Origin: Octopus bimaculoides
Lineage: Eukaryota
Length of the DNA stretch: 32,112 nucleotides
Assembly (NCBI RefSeq): GCF_001194135.2
Contig: NC_068988.1
Location: 16,634,475-16,666,586, forward strand
Direction: 5' to 3'
The notes beneath the pieces were generated by a model. That model had not been told where the DNA came from, did no database searches, and was given only the letters and a program-made list of their open reading frames with translations. The translations under genes were made by a program, and so were the position numbers. Within the stretch, counting starts at the first letter, position 1. Every line of letters starts with the position of its first letter. Of the stretch, positions 1-10,139 are shown one piece after another.

Positions 1-66
1 ATATATATATATATATATATATATACACGCACACACAAACACTTATATATATAAATACAAACACAC

Positions 67-110
<44 letters not shown>

Positions 111-124
111 GTCTGTCTGTCTAT

Positions 125-162
<38 letters not shown>

Positions 163-163
163 A
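1..163. repeat. Compound microsatellite: (TA)n, then (TCTA)n/(TCTG)n
   Basis: Seen directly: (TA)n at 1-26; tetranucleotide tracts at about 68-163. Confidence 0.95.
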
Positions 164-470
164 TCGATGATATAGAAATGATACATAAATGAAACAAATT
201 TGTTTACGAATTTTACGCTAATACTCAGCTTTTTTTCAATTATAACGGTTATTCTACTTAATTAAATTATTTACATACACAAATGAAAAATTATTGCTTT
301 CATACCCTATAAAGTAATAGGCAGTAGTTTTTTAAAGAGAAATAAGGAAAAAAAGTATCTAATACATTGTTCTTGCTAACTTAAAATGGTATCATCGTTA
401 TAAATGAAAAGAAGTGAGTTTAATGGCGTTTAATACAGTAAAATTTCGATTGAATGGTCATCTTGACAAA

Positions 471-665
471 GGCGTGGAACTAGCAGAATGGTTAGCATGC
501 CGAGTAAGCTGTTCAGCTGCATTTCATTTGTCTGCAGGTTCTGTGTTCAAATTCTGCTGAGACAGAGCGTGCTTTTCGTCCTTTCAAATTTCAAGGTCGA
601 TAGATAAGTTTCAGTTGATCACTAGGGTTGATGTAATTGACTTACCCCTTTCTACCAATATTTGA
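471..665 (+). mobile_element. tRNA-derived SINE, family A (octopus OK-like), diverged
   Basis: Head GGCGTGGAACTAGCAGAATGGTTAGCATGCCG and B-box-like GTTCAAATTC. The body aligns by eye to the better-preserved copy at 20978-21205. Confidence 0.8.
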
Positions 666-745
666 AACAAATATTTATTTTGCCATATTAATTTTACTTA
701 GTTCTATTAAATATCATCTATTTCTATAACGACTACACTATTGGC

Positions 746-842
746 CAGTGGTTCCCAAACTGGTGTCCGCAGACCCCTGGTGGTCGGCAAAGGTAGTACT
801 GGGGGTCCCTGAATTAAATTGTGAAAATTTTGGGAACCACTG
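746..842. mobile_element. hAT (Charlie-type termini) MITE, 97 bp
   Basis: Perfect 14-bp TIRs CAGTGGTTCCCAAA (746-759) and TTTGGGAACCACTG (829-842). 8-bp TSD CTATTGGC (738-745) and CTGTTGGC (843-850), 7/8 identical. An 8-bp TSD with CAG termini is characteristic of hAT elements. Confidence 0.9.
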
Positions 843-1959
843 CTGTTGGCAGTTCTCGACTAACACTTAACTGGAAATATAGTTTAGATGTTTGAAGGAG
901 GAACTTGACATCAATAGGATATGAAGTGAGAATTTAAATGGCCGTAACAAAATACTACATGAAATTTTTCACTTCACTATATATTCTGCCGAAAATATTT
1001 TCTAAAACCGAAAACAACCATAATTTATTTTTCTTAGTGAGATTCGAACTCAGAACATAAATAATCGTATCTACAACCTGCAGTCTATGGACGGTCGAAT
1101 GATAAAACCAGCTTCTCAAATTGAAAATGAACGACTGCTATGAAATAGTTTTGACTGCTGAAAGTCAATGTTTACAACAGAAGCAATAGTAATATTTCAA
1201 AGCTAACGGACGTTACACAACTGAATTGGTAATAACGTGATTGTTATCTCAAGCTAGCACGTTTAAACATGCAGGATGTGTGAAACGAACCAGTAATCAG
1301 TTACGCCTGTCAGTTACACGTCAAGTTCGATGAAGAATTTCAAGAGATGTAAGACTTTATTGCGTTTGGGAAGTCAATGTAACTGAATAAAAATAGCTTT
1401 TCAATCGTAGTAGTAGGATCAATCCTACTTTGCTAGAAAGGTTTTACGGTGTTCACATGACGCCTAGATGCGTGTGTGTGTATATATTGAAGCTGACATG
1501 GTAACATTTAGGCCAATAATTTAAATTACGAACTGATTCAAGTACAATATATCATATATTACATTGCTTGAGTAAAGCTAAACGTCCTACAGCTATCGTT
1601 TTTCAAGTTAGAATATACGAATGACATTCAAATAGTATTTGAACATCTGTCGTTAATGAGTTCGGCATCACACTGAAGTAGGCAGAAGACAGAAGTACCT
1701 GTATGACAATGAGGCGTTACGGTTTATTTTAATTAACTACCAAGAAATAAATCACATTCGTATCTATGCTTAAATTTTAATAGTTGCTATGAAGTAAATG
1801 CATAAATTTAGATATTTTCTTGCTAACTAAAAACTTTTGAAGCAGTTTGCTAAATAATAACTTTCTAGCCGGACATGTATGTTTTTGAGCAAATGATTTG
1901 GTCTGAGCTCGTGTGTTCAAAAATATTTTCTGCTATAGGCTTAATTTTGAACACACGGA

Positions 1960-2040
1960 AAGCGGCGAGCAAAATACTTAGCACGCCGGGCAAATCGTTA
2001 TGCGGCATTAAGTCCGTCTTTCCGTTCTGAGTTCAAATAT
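1960..2040 (+). mobile_element. Family A SINE, 5' head only (left arm of an inverted pair)
   Basis: GCGGCGAGC...TTAGCACGCCGGGCAAA...CGTTCTGAGTTCAAAT matches the family head. Confidence 0.85.
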
Positions 2041-2059
2041 TGAGGGTGGGTGGGTGTTG

Positions 2060-2228
2060 ATAATCGTTTAATTAGGTCCCAGGGCTCAACTGGTACTTAT
2101 TCTATCGACTCCAAAGAGATGAAAGGCAATGTCAACTTTGGTGGAATTTGAATTCAGAACGTAAAGACTGACTAAATGACGAAAAGCAGTTTACCCGGCG
2201 TGCTAACGATTTTGCCAGCTCGCCGCAT
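2060..2228 (-). mobile_element. Family A SINE (right arm of the inverted pair)
   Basis: The reverse complement reads GCGGCGAGCTGGCAAAATCGTTAGCACGCCGGG...GTTCTGAATTCAAATTCC...GAGTCGATAGAATAAGTACCAGTTGAG. Confidence 0.9.
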
Positions 2229-2262
2229 TCCGTGTGTTCAAAATTAAGCAATATTGTTACAA

Positions 2263-2468
2263 GGCAGTGAGCTGGCAGAATTGTTAGCACGCCGGGCAAA
2301 ATGCTTTACGGCATTTCGTCCGTCTTTATGGTCTGCGTTTACATGCCGCGAGGTCGACTTTCCCTTTCATCTTTACGGAGTACAAGGAAACGCTGGGGGG
2401 GGGGGGTGTAATCGACCATCCCCACCCCAAAATTTCAGATCTCTCCTTTGGTGGAGAGAATTATCATA
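2263..2468 (+). mobile_element. Family A SINE, near full length
   Basis: GGCAGTGAGCTGGCAGAATTGTTAGCACGCCGGGCAAAATGC...GAGGTCGACTTTCCCTTTCATC...TAATCGAC...CAAAATTTCAG...GAATTATCAT. This accounts for ORF 2254..2469. Confidence 0.85.
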
Positions 2469-2625
2469 AAGCGGCGAACGTGCAGATTACTTATCACGTC
2501 GGATAAACTGCTTAGTGGTACGTCTTCCGGGTTTAAGTTCTGATTTCAAATATCACTGCTTTCATCATTTCGATTAAATTTCAGACTTTATCCCTATTCT
2601 AGAAGAGATTATTATTATCATTTAC
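2469..2625 (+). mobile_element. Family A SINE, degenerate, tandem to the previous copy
   Basis: AAGCGGCGAACGTGCAGA head, GTTCTGATTTCAAAT box and AGAGATTATTATTA tail. Confidence 0.65.
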
Positions 2626-4180
2626 CCGCTTTAATCTATCCTGTTTACATATTTTTTTTTTTTTACCTTTCTTTCTTCTTGGCATTTATTTGTTAGTGTG
2701 TCCTGAATATATTCGCGTTTAGGATTGTTGCTTTTCGGGTGAATTTTTACTCTCCAATATCAGATTGAGCGACTTATATGAACATGTGGCGAAGACACAG
2801 TAGGGCTGAACTATATAGACGAGGATTATATTTCAAAAACTTTGAAGCATATGTATATGCTGGTTACCGCCTTCATCGTATACTAGTTACAGTGACACTG
2901 ATCAGGTTGTAGATAGTGGGACGTAAACTAAGACTACAAATAGCAAATGAGTGCAATTAGAGGTTTTTGTGTGTTCATGAATGACTCGTCCGTATCTCCT
3001 ACGCTGTAATTGCATCCTTATTGTCTAAATTTGACTTCTATTTGACTTGATTACACGGACATAAAGCCATACTAATCCTAGAAAAACAAACTTAATTTTA
3101 TTCCATCTCTAGGTTCCGAGCGTCCCAATTTTTGTTGTCATTCCATAAAATAATTATGGCAAAAATATTTAATTTACGGGAGAACTGACGTATGCAATGC
3201 TATCATAAAACTCTGCGCACAATTTCGTATATTACCTAAACGTATCACATACACTGAAATGAATAAAGACGATGTTAATTCAATTGATATTGCTGGTGTG
3301 AAAAAGAATAAGAGATAAAGTATAATTACATTTGAGATGCTGTACTTCGAGAAATTTAGTTTAGTGATTGCATTTAGCTCCATCACTCAACGAGCTAGGA
3401 TTTAGCATTTTTTTTTAAAGTACGCTCTACCAACTTCATGAAGGTATACGTCACAACCACGTGTCAGGTACTGAGATATGTTATAGCGAAAATAATTTGA
3501 ATTCGTCTTACTGTTATACGCACAACTCAACAATTCATTTTGTTTTGTGCGTCATTGATTTGTACTTTTCTCTGTTAACGTATTTATATTCTACACTTAT
3601 GTATAATACATGAAACGGTGAAATTTATTGAATAAGATAGTATTCTATCTCTTTACCACGTCTTATATAAATAAATATAACACCATTTTACTGGAAATAC
3701 TACTTGCAATGTGGAAAAAAAGTTTATAGGTGAAAACTAAAACAACTACCAAACTAACAAACAGCTGTTTATGTGTATGCAATATGCAATAATATATTTT
3801 TATTTAAGTTTAGTTTATATTGAATTTATTATAATTGTTTTTTTTTGTGTCTATTGTCTCTATTATTTCTTTTATGTTCATTTAAAATATTTATTCGCTT
3901 TTCTTTAAAAAACACAGCATGATTTTAGCTGTTAGAATAAATATTTGAGTTCCATTGCATTTTAAAATAAAATGTACGCTGGGATTCATTGCATTGTAAA
4001 ATATAAATGGCGATCATGTAGCCACCAATTTTCAACTTTCTTATTTAGTTGTGAATATTTTAATACAATTTTTGCTTCGGAGTTATTTCGTTGCTTTTGA
4101 ATCTGATACTATAGTTGTTCTTTAATTTGAGATAGATTTACCTGCTTTCAATTTTAGATGTTGGTATTGCTACAACATGT

Positions 4181-4195
4181 CATGTATTAAATTTT

Positions 4196-4245
<50 letters not shown>

Positions 4246-4258
4246 AAAAGTTAATACA

Positions 4259-4260
<2 letters not shown>
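4181..4260. repeat. 80-bp near-perfect palindrome centred on a (TA)n tract
   Basis: CATGTATTAAATTTTTGATA (4181-4200) and the reverse complement of TATCAAAAAGTTAATACACG (4241-4260) match at 18/20. The intervening (TA)n is self-complementary. Confidence 0.9.
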
Positions 4261-4295
<35 letters not shown>

Positions 4296-4845
4296 CATAC
4301 ACATTTATAGAATCCAGTACTAAAATATCATATATAATTTAATTCTTATAACTTTGGCTACATTCTGCACAGGTAATTCTATTAAAAGAGTTATACGATT
4401 TGTGTAGTGTAAACAATATATTTTACATCACCATGACAAGAGAAAATTTGCGAAAATATTTCGAATCTCTCTGCTTGTGTATATATATATCAGTACATTT
4501 TTTTATATTCTATTTACATTCGTCTACTTGCGTATGTAAAAGACGTTTTTGTGCTTCCTAAATATAGAAGAAGTTAAGTGTAATTGAACACTACGATAAA
4601 CATCATACGAACACACATACGCAATACAGACAAACATAGATCCGCATATATGGAAAACATATGTACATATAAGCGAATTTATTTGTAAGTATATATTTTT
4701 TTATGTCTGTACAGTTTAAGATCTTTCCTAAATAGCAGTGTATATTTCTTTTCTTTACATAATTTAAAAACTTATCACAAAATAAATTATCATGTACTAC
4801 AAAAAAAAAAAATGGTGGTGTTTTTAATACAAAATTCCTATTCCA

Positions 4846-4880
<35 letters not shown>

Positions 4881-5579
4881 NNNNNNNNNNNNNNNNNNNN
4901 NNNNNNNNNNNNNNNNNNNNNNNNNNNNNNNNNNNNNNNNNNNNNNNNNNNNNNNNNNNNNNNNNNNNNNNNNNNNNNNNNNNNNNNNNNNNNNNNNNNN
5001 NNNNNNNNNNNNNNNNNNNNNNNNNNNNNNNNNNNNNNNNNNNNNNNNNNNNNNNNNNNNNNNNNNNNNNNNNNNNNNNNNNNNNNNNNNNNNNNNNNNN
5101 NNNNNNNNNNNNNNNNNNNNNNNNNNNNNNNNNNNNNNNNNNNNNNNNNNNNNNNNNNNNNNNNNNNNNNNNNNNNNNNNNNNNNNNNNNNNNNNNNNNN
5201 NNNNNNNNNNNNNNNNNNNNNNNNNNNNNNNNNNNNNNNNNNNNNNNNNNNNNNNNNNNNNNNNNNNNNNNNNNNNNNNNNNNNNNNNNNNNNNNNNNNN
5301 NNNNNNNNNNNNNNNNNNNNNNNNNNNNNNNNNNNNNNNNNNNNNNNNNNNNNNNNNNNNNNNNNNNNNNNNNNNNNNNNNNNNNNNNNNNNNNNNNNNN
5401 NNNNNNNNNNNNNNNNNNNNNNNNNNNNNNNNNNNNNNNNNNNNNNNNNNNNNNNNNNNNNNNNNNNNNNNNNNNNNNNNNNNNNNNNNNNNNNNNNNNN
5501 NNNNNNNNNNNNNNNNNNNNNNNNNNNNNNNNNNNNNNNNNNNNNNNNNNNNNNNNNNNNNNNNNNNNNNNNNNNNNNN
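4881..5579. other. Assembly gap (N-run); further gaps at 6475-6775, 9472-9587, 10445-10454, 11384-11393, ~13376-13594, 14279-15129, 15537-15546, 15946-16627, 19156-19165, 23949-23958
   Basis: The N-runs are visible directly, and most abut (TA)n or (CA)n tracts. Confidence 0.99.
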
Positions 5580-5954
5580 TATATATATATATATATATAT
5601 ATATTGAGTCTGTTTCAGAATTTTGAATAATTTAAGTGTATGATTAAGTAGACACGATAACATAAACACACTGCCATATACACATACGTACATAATTACA
5701 TGCACACACTTGCTTTTCTTCCTCTCAGAATGTGCGTTTCTCCATTTGTGTGTAAATATATATAAGCAAGTATACATTACGTGCACCGGAACATGTCAAG
5801 ATGTATGAAATGTGAATATATTAAATTAACTTATTAGGTTTACAGCCGTTTCGCATGCTCCGTCATACAATTACAAATCAATGCGGAGACTAGATCCTTA
5901 AATCCACGTAATAGCGTGGTTACATCAATGCTTCAAGTTTATTGGTTTGAATTA

Positions 5955-6452
5955 TACAATGCGTAGCATGCAGATAAGTGCAAACATGTAAAGTACTTTA
6001 TGATACACAGAAATTATTACCGCACGATGAAGGCTGCGATTTGAGCGTAATCCTAAGGATAACAAATTGTTAAATAAATATATTAACATCTCAATCTTCT
6101 TGATGTTGCATTTCTTCGATTGTATCTCCTAGATTTCAGTCGCATAGAACACTGCTATGAGGCCTACATGTTAAATTACTATGTAGTGTGGTAACCTGGT
6201 CCACTAAAAGAACGTTCTGTGATAGACAAATTATTCCATGGAATTTTCATTGGCGTAACCATGATATTCTGATGATCTGATGAACTAGCCGACTTTATAT
6301 GCATTGATCTGCAAATGTACACCTGTTTAGTACAATGCGTAGCATGCATCTTGGTGCAGACATGTCAAATAATTTATTATACACAGAAATTATTACTGCA
6401 TGATGAGGGCTACGAAATGAACGTAAGCCTAAGTATAACAAATGGTTAAATA
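5955..6452 (+). repeat. 122-bp ungapped direct repeat (5955-6076 and 6331-6452), 376-bp period
   Basis: Manual alignment gives 103/122 identical, starting TACAATGCGTAGCATGCA. The second copy runs into (TA)n and then a gap. Confidence 0.85.
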
Positions 6453-6870
6453 TATATATATATATATATATATANNNNNNNNNNNNNNNNNNNNNNNNNN
6501 NNNNNNNNNNNNNNNNNNNNNNNNNNNNNNNNNNNNNNNNNNNNNNNNNNNNNNNNNNNNNNNNNNNNNNNNNNNNNNNNNNNNNNNNNNNNNNNNNNNN
6601 NNNNNNNNNNNNNNNNNNNNNNNNNNNNNNNNNNNNNNNNNNNNNNNNNNNNNNNNNNNNNNNNNNNNNNNNNNNNNNNNNNNNNNNNNNNNNNNNNNNN
6701 NNNNNNNNNNNNNNNNNNNNNNNNNNNNNNNNNNNNNNNNNNNNNNNNNNNNNNNNNNNNNNNNNNNNNNNNNNNATATATGTAAACGGTTGAAGAGGAA
6801 CACACGAGTAGATATATATATATGGAAAAAAGACAAAGTAGAAAATGCTAAAATAGTTTTATAAAGAACA

Positions 6871-6912
6871 TTACAGAACCGATTTCGATACTTGAGATCT
6901 TTTCAACAGTAA
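6871..6912 (-). ncRNA. Minimal type I hammerhead ribozyme motif (C3U/G8A core variant) of a Penelope-like element
   Basis: The minus strand reads TTACTG-TTGAAAA-GAT-CTCAAGT-ATC-GAAA-T-CG-G-TT-CTGTAA. Stem I TTACTG/CTGTAA pairs 5/6, stem II is GAT/ATC, the GAAA core is intact, stem III is short and near-palindromic (AATCGGTT), and the predicted cleavage triplet is GUU. Confidence 0.6.
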
Positions 6913-7423
6913 ATATGAATAATAAATTTTTGAAAAATTATTGAAAGATTAAATTTTGGTAAATTTAAAAGAAAAGTCTTTTTAAAGACATATTTGTATA
7001 GTATTCAAATAACGGCCATTTTTCTTGTTTCTGCCTGTCTCTGTTTCACTTGTTAACTCGTGTGGGTTCGAAGAAGGAGTGCTATGATAGTAGCAGAGTG
7101 TTAATTGGTTGGGTGTCCTTACATTGACTTGTTGATGGTCGTAGTGATCTTTATTGTTTATAATGTTTGCGTAGGTGTTATTCTAAACAGCAGTAGTAGT
7201 AATAAAGTAAGGGAGGAGGTGGTGGAAAGGAAGAAGCAGCTGATGACGGAGAGGATGACGGATGGGGAGAAGGAGAGAAATAGTAATAATAGAATGAGGG
7301 ATAGTGTGATATTAACTAGTCGAGTGAGTAGTGATTGGGGTCGTTTTTTTATATTTTTTAATTTTTTTTATAATTCCTAGAGTATCTATTTGGAGTTTAT
7401 CATTTTTAATATTTGTGTGTGTA

Positions 7424-7850
7424 TTATTCTAAGGTCGTGGTGGATATTTCATTTGTTGTAGATGCGTTCAGAAGGGGTCTGTATTTTGTGATGAAGAGTG
7501 ACTCCTTACTTATTCTTTGGCTGTAGGTTGTATCCTCTCTGAATTGGTAGAGGGGAAAAATTCTGAAACTTGGATTTTTATTATTGGCGCAAATATCGAT
7601 GTGTTGGTTGAATGCTACTTTTCTGTTTTGGGGAATTTTGATTTGGGATTTGTGCAGAGCTAGCCGTTGACGCAGGCTGTTTTTTTTATTATTTTTTTTG
7701 GCCTATGTACTACTCTTGACACCTAGAGCAGGTTAGTGCGTATATCAGGTTCTCCGAAGTACATGTGAAGTTACTTTTCACTTTGAAATTTTGTCCCTGT
7801 TTGAAGGAGAACTCTGATCCCTCAATTAGATTGATGTATATGAAGAAACG
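7424..7850 (-). pseudogene. GIY-YIG endonuclease domain of a Penelope-like element, disrupted
   Basis: Translation: ...EGSEFSFKQGQNFKVKSNFTCTSENLIYALTCSRCQE*YIGQ[frameshift in A-run, about 7680-7700]NSLRQRLALHKSQIKIPQNRKVAFNQHIDICANNKNPSFRIFPLYQFREDTTYSQRISKESLFITKYRPLLNASTTNEISTTTLE*. It has the LIY...YIG motif, the conserved R, E and N, and the CxxC...H...H (CCHH) signature of PLE endonucleases. There is an in-frame TAG at 7710-7712. Confidence 0.9.
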
Positions 7851-7950
7851 AATATTTGTTTGTGTGCGTGCGTGTGTATGTGTCTGTCTATGTGTCTGTT
7901 TGTGTTGCGCCCCTTGCACCAGTGTTGGTTTGATTACGTTTTCGTCTAAA

Positions 7951-8176
7951 TTGTGAAGGCGCGTGGCTTAGTGGTTGGGGCATTCGGCTCACTGCCGTAA
8001 GGCCGTGAGTTCGATTCCCGGCCACGCGTTGCTCCAGTCTCTCTGAGAACTACGTTAGGGGTACACGTGGCTGTGGATTGCTCAGTCACTTGTACGTTAA
8101 TTTCATGAGCAAGCTGCTCCGTTGATCGTATCAGCTGGGACCCCGTCGTCGTAACCGACGGAGTGCCCCTATCCTA
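7951..8176 (+). mobile_element. tRNA-derived SINE, family C, with 9-bp TSD
   Basis: A-box TGGCTTAGTGG, B-box GTTCGATTCC and CCTATCCTA tail. TCGTCTAAA is duplicated at 7942-7950 and 8177-8185. Confidence 0.85.
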
Positions 8177-8971
8177 TCGTCTAAAATATAAGTACTGTGG
8201 TCGAGTTGTGCAATTAAGCACTTCGAGGCGGTACTTCCGTATGGGCTCAGACTAATCAGTAGAACAACGAAATAATGAAAGACATTATATTCATGTTGCT
8301 CCTAGTGTCACCTATACAGAACGGAAATAAAATTTAGCAGACCGGCTTTCTCGTTAAAGAACAGTTTAGATAAATTTTCGCCTGATATGAATGAGTCAAT
8401 TCAATTTACATTTTCTCATATTATAATTCTAATATACCTTAGCTCTTTTAAATTTCCAATGCAGCTGTAAAAAATTCTTCATTGTTCAATATTAACCAAA
8501 AGTCGGAAGGACTAGCATCATCAAATTATTCTATAACATATATTTCAAGATGAACAAATGCATTTGTTAACCCATGCGTCCATTATAACAGCGTATATAT
8601 ATGTTTTCAGTCAGTATTCTGAAAATACCATTTTCCGACCAATACTATTAATAAGTGCCTATCCTATACACTTAGCTTAGTATTAAATTTTAAATGATTT
8701 TATTTTTTCACGTAGTTCCTCTTTAGAATTTTAATGATTCTTTGAGTTAGAGTTGAGATTTTCATGTCAATCCAAATTTGAAATATTCATATTCAGTTGA
8801 TATTTGGTTTAACTGATCTCGTTCGTTGGCTTGTCAGTATAGGGCGCCCCTTCGTATCTGCAGAACGTGCGACGAATCTCTCTGAAATCTTTAAAAGACG
8901 TTGTCAAATATGGAGGTGATGTTATACCCTTGATATCATAATATTGTTCTAGCATTATTTTCGAAGCAATA

Positions 8972-9003
<32 letters not shown>
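8972..9003. repeat. (TAC)n microsatellite
   Basis: Seen directly; it produces the poly-V run in ORF 8809..9027. Confidence 0.95.
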
Positions 9004-9007
<4 letters not shown>

Positions 9008-9236
9008 TCAAGTGGCCTTCGAGACATATGGTATATCCCACTACGTAGTAGCAGGAATCCTGTCCCCGTTAAGCGTTGTTAGGTTTTCAGTTTCATGGTG
9101 TGCCTCTGCTAATGTAGTTCAGTGGTCTTCGTTCTCTGTTTCATTTTTACAGAACGTGAAACTAATATGTTACCTCGTCTTTTGCATTTGTTATTTTTAA
9201 TGTTCGTTTATTTGATTCGAATAAATATTCTTTTAC

Positions 9237-9435
9237 TTTTTTACTTGTTTCAGTCATTTGACTGGAACCATACTGGAATACCACCTTCGTGTGGTGAGGT
9301 AGGGGGTTAGTCGAACATGTTGATCTCAGCACTTATTTCTTAAAGTCTAGTACTTATTCTATCATTCTCTTTTGCTGAACTAGAAAGTTACATTCTGAAG
9401 CGGTGATGAGGTGACAAACACAGACACAAAGACGG

Positions 9436-9471
<36 letters not shown>
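9237..9471 (-). mobile_element. SINE family B, 3' half, ending in its internal (CA)n tract and a gap
   Basis: The reverse complement contains AAGGTGGTATTCCAGTATGGTTCCAGTCAAATGACTGAAACAAG and GATAGAATAAGTACTAG, as in the copy at 11201-11656. Confidence 0.8.
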
Positions 9472-9587
9472 NNNNNNNNNNNNNNNNNNNNNNNNNNNNN
9501 NNNNNNNNNNNNNNNNNNNNNNNNNNNNNNNNNNNNNNNNNNNNNNNNNNNNNNNNNNNNNNNNNNNNNNNNNNNNNNNNNNNNNNN

Positions 9588-9646
<59 letters not shown>

Positions 9647-10000
9647 ATAATAGCGTCAACATAACTATAATAATATTAGTAGTAACATTGATGATGGGAT
9701 GTTATTCTTCAAGTCTCATCAAGATATCTTTTCTAGAGATATCCAAATTGCTAACATTCATATCATGCAAAAATATTGACCAGTCATCAGTATACATTGA
9801 AACGAATGAACGTAGCTAAATATATCCCGTAACATACATACATACATACATATGTATGTGTGGGAGTGTATGTGTGTGCGTGTGTGTGTGTAAAAACGTG
9901 TAGTAAACTGTATTTATATCTATTTACAGTAATAAACATTTAGATTTGGGGTTGAACAATCTGAAAAAATTCATTTCTCATATAATATTTGCTACAGTAG

Positions 10001-10120
10001 CTGAAGCTGCCTTGCATGCTTTCGGGGTCGATAAATTAAGTATCAGTTGCGCACTGGGCTCGATCTAATCGACTGGCTCCCACTCCAAAAATTTTAGGCT
10101 CTCTGCCTAGAGTAGAAAAG
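10001..10120 (+). mobile_element. 5'-truncated family A SINE with 17-bp TSD
   Basis: Body TTTCGGGGTCGATAAATTAAGTATCAG...TAATCGAC. AATATTTGCTACAGTAG is repeated exactly at 9984-10000 and 10121-10137. Confidence 0.85.
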
Positions 10121-10139
10121 AATATTTGCTACAGTAGTT

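Larger units (their letters stand above)
6830..7950 (-). mobile_element. Penelope-like retroelement remnant: 3' portion (endonuclease, 3' UTR/pLTR), with no RT present
   Basis: A GIY-YIG endonuclease relic at 7424-7850 is followed on the same strand by a noncoding tail with a hammerhead-like motif at 6871-6912. The 5' side is interrupted by a microsatellite (about 7855-7905) and a SINE (7951-8176). The boundaries are approximate. Confidence 0.8.

Noticed and set aside
3174-3386. Hydrophobic 70-aa minus-strand ORF resembling a membrane segment
   Set aside because: No recognisable motif or convincing splice sites. T-rich DNA yields hydrophobic ORFs by chance.
5841-5868. Second hammerhead-like motif on the minus strand (ATGACGGA-GCATGC-GAAAC-GGCT-GTA)
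   Set aside because: The core has a substitution and an extra base, stem I does not pair, and no PLE coding relic was seen nearby.
7957-8030. tRNA gene (A-box and B-box present)
   Set aside because: There is no complete cloverleaf, and the sequence continues into a SINE body flanked by a TSD. The same applies to the other SINE heads.
8809-9027. Protein-like minus-strand ORF (...YDIKGITSPPYLTTSFKDFREIRRTFCRY...)
   Set aside because: It runs through a (GTA)n tract, has no acceptor and shows no recognisable family.
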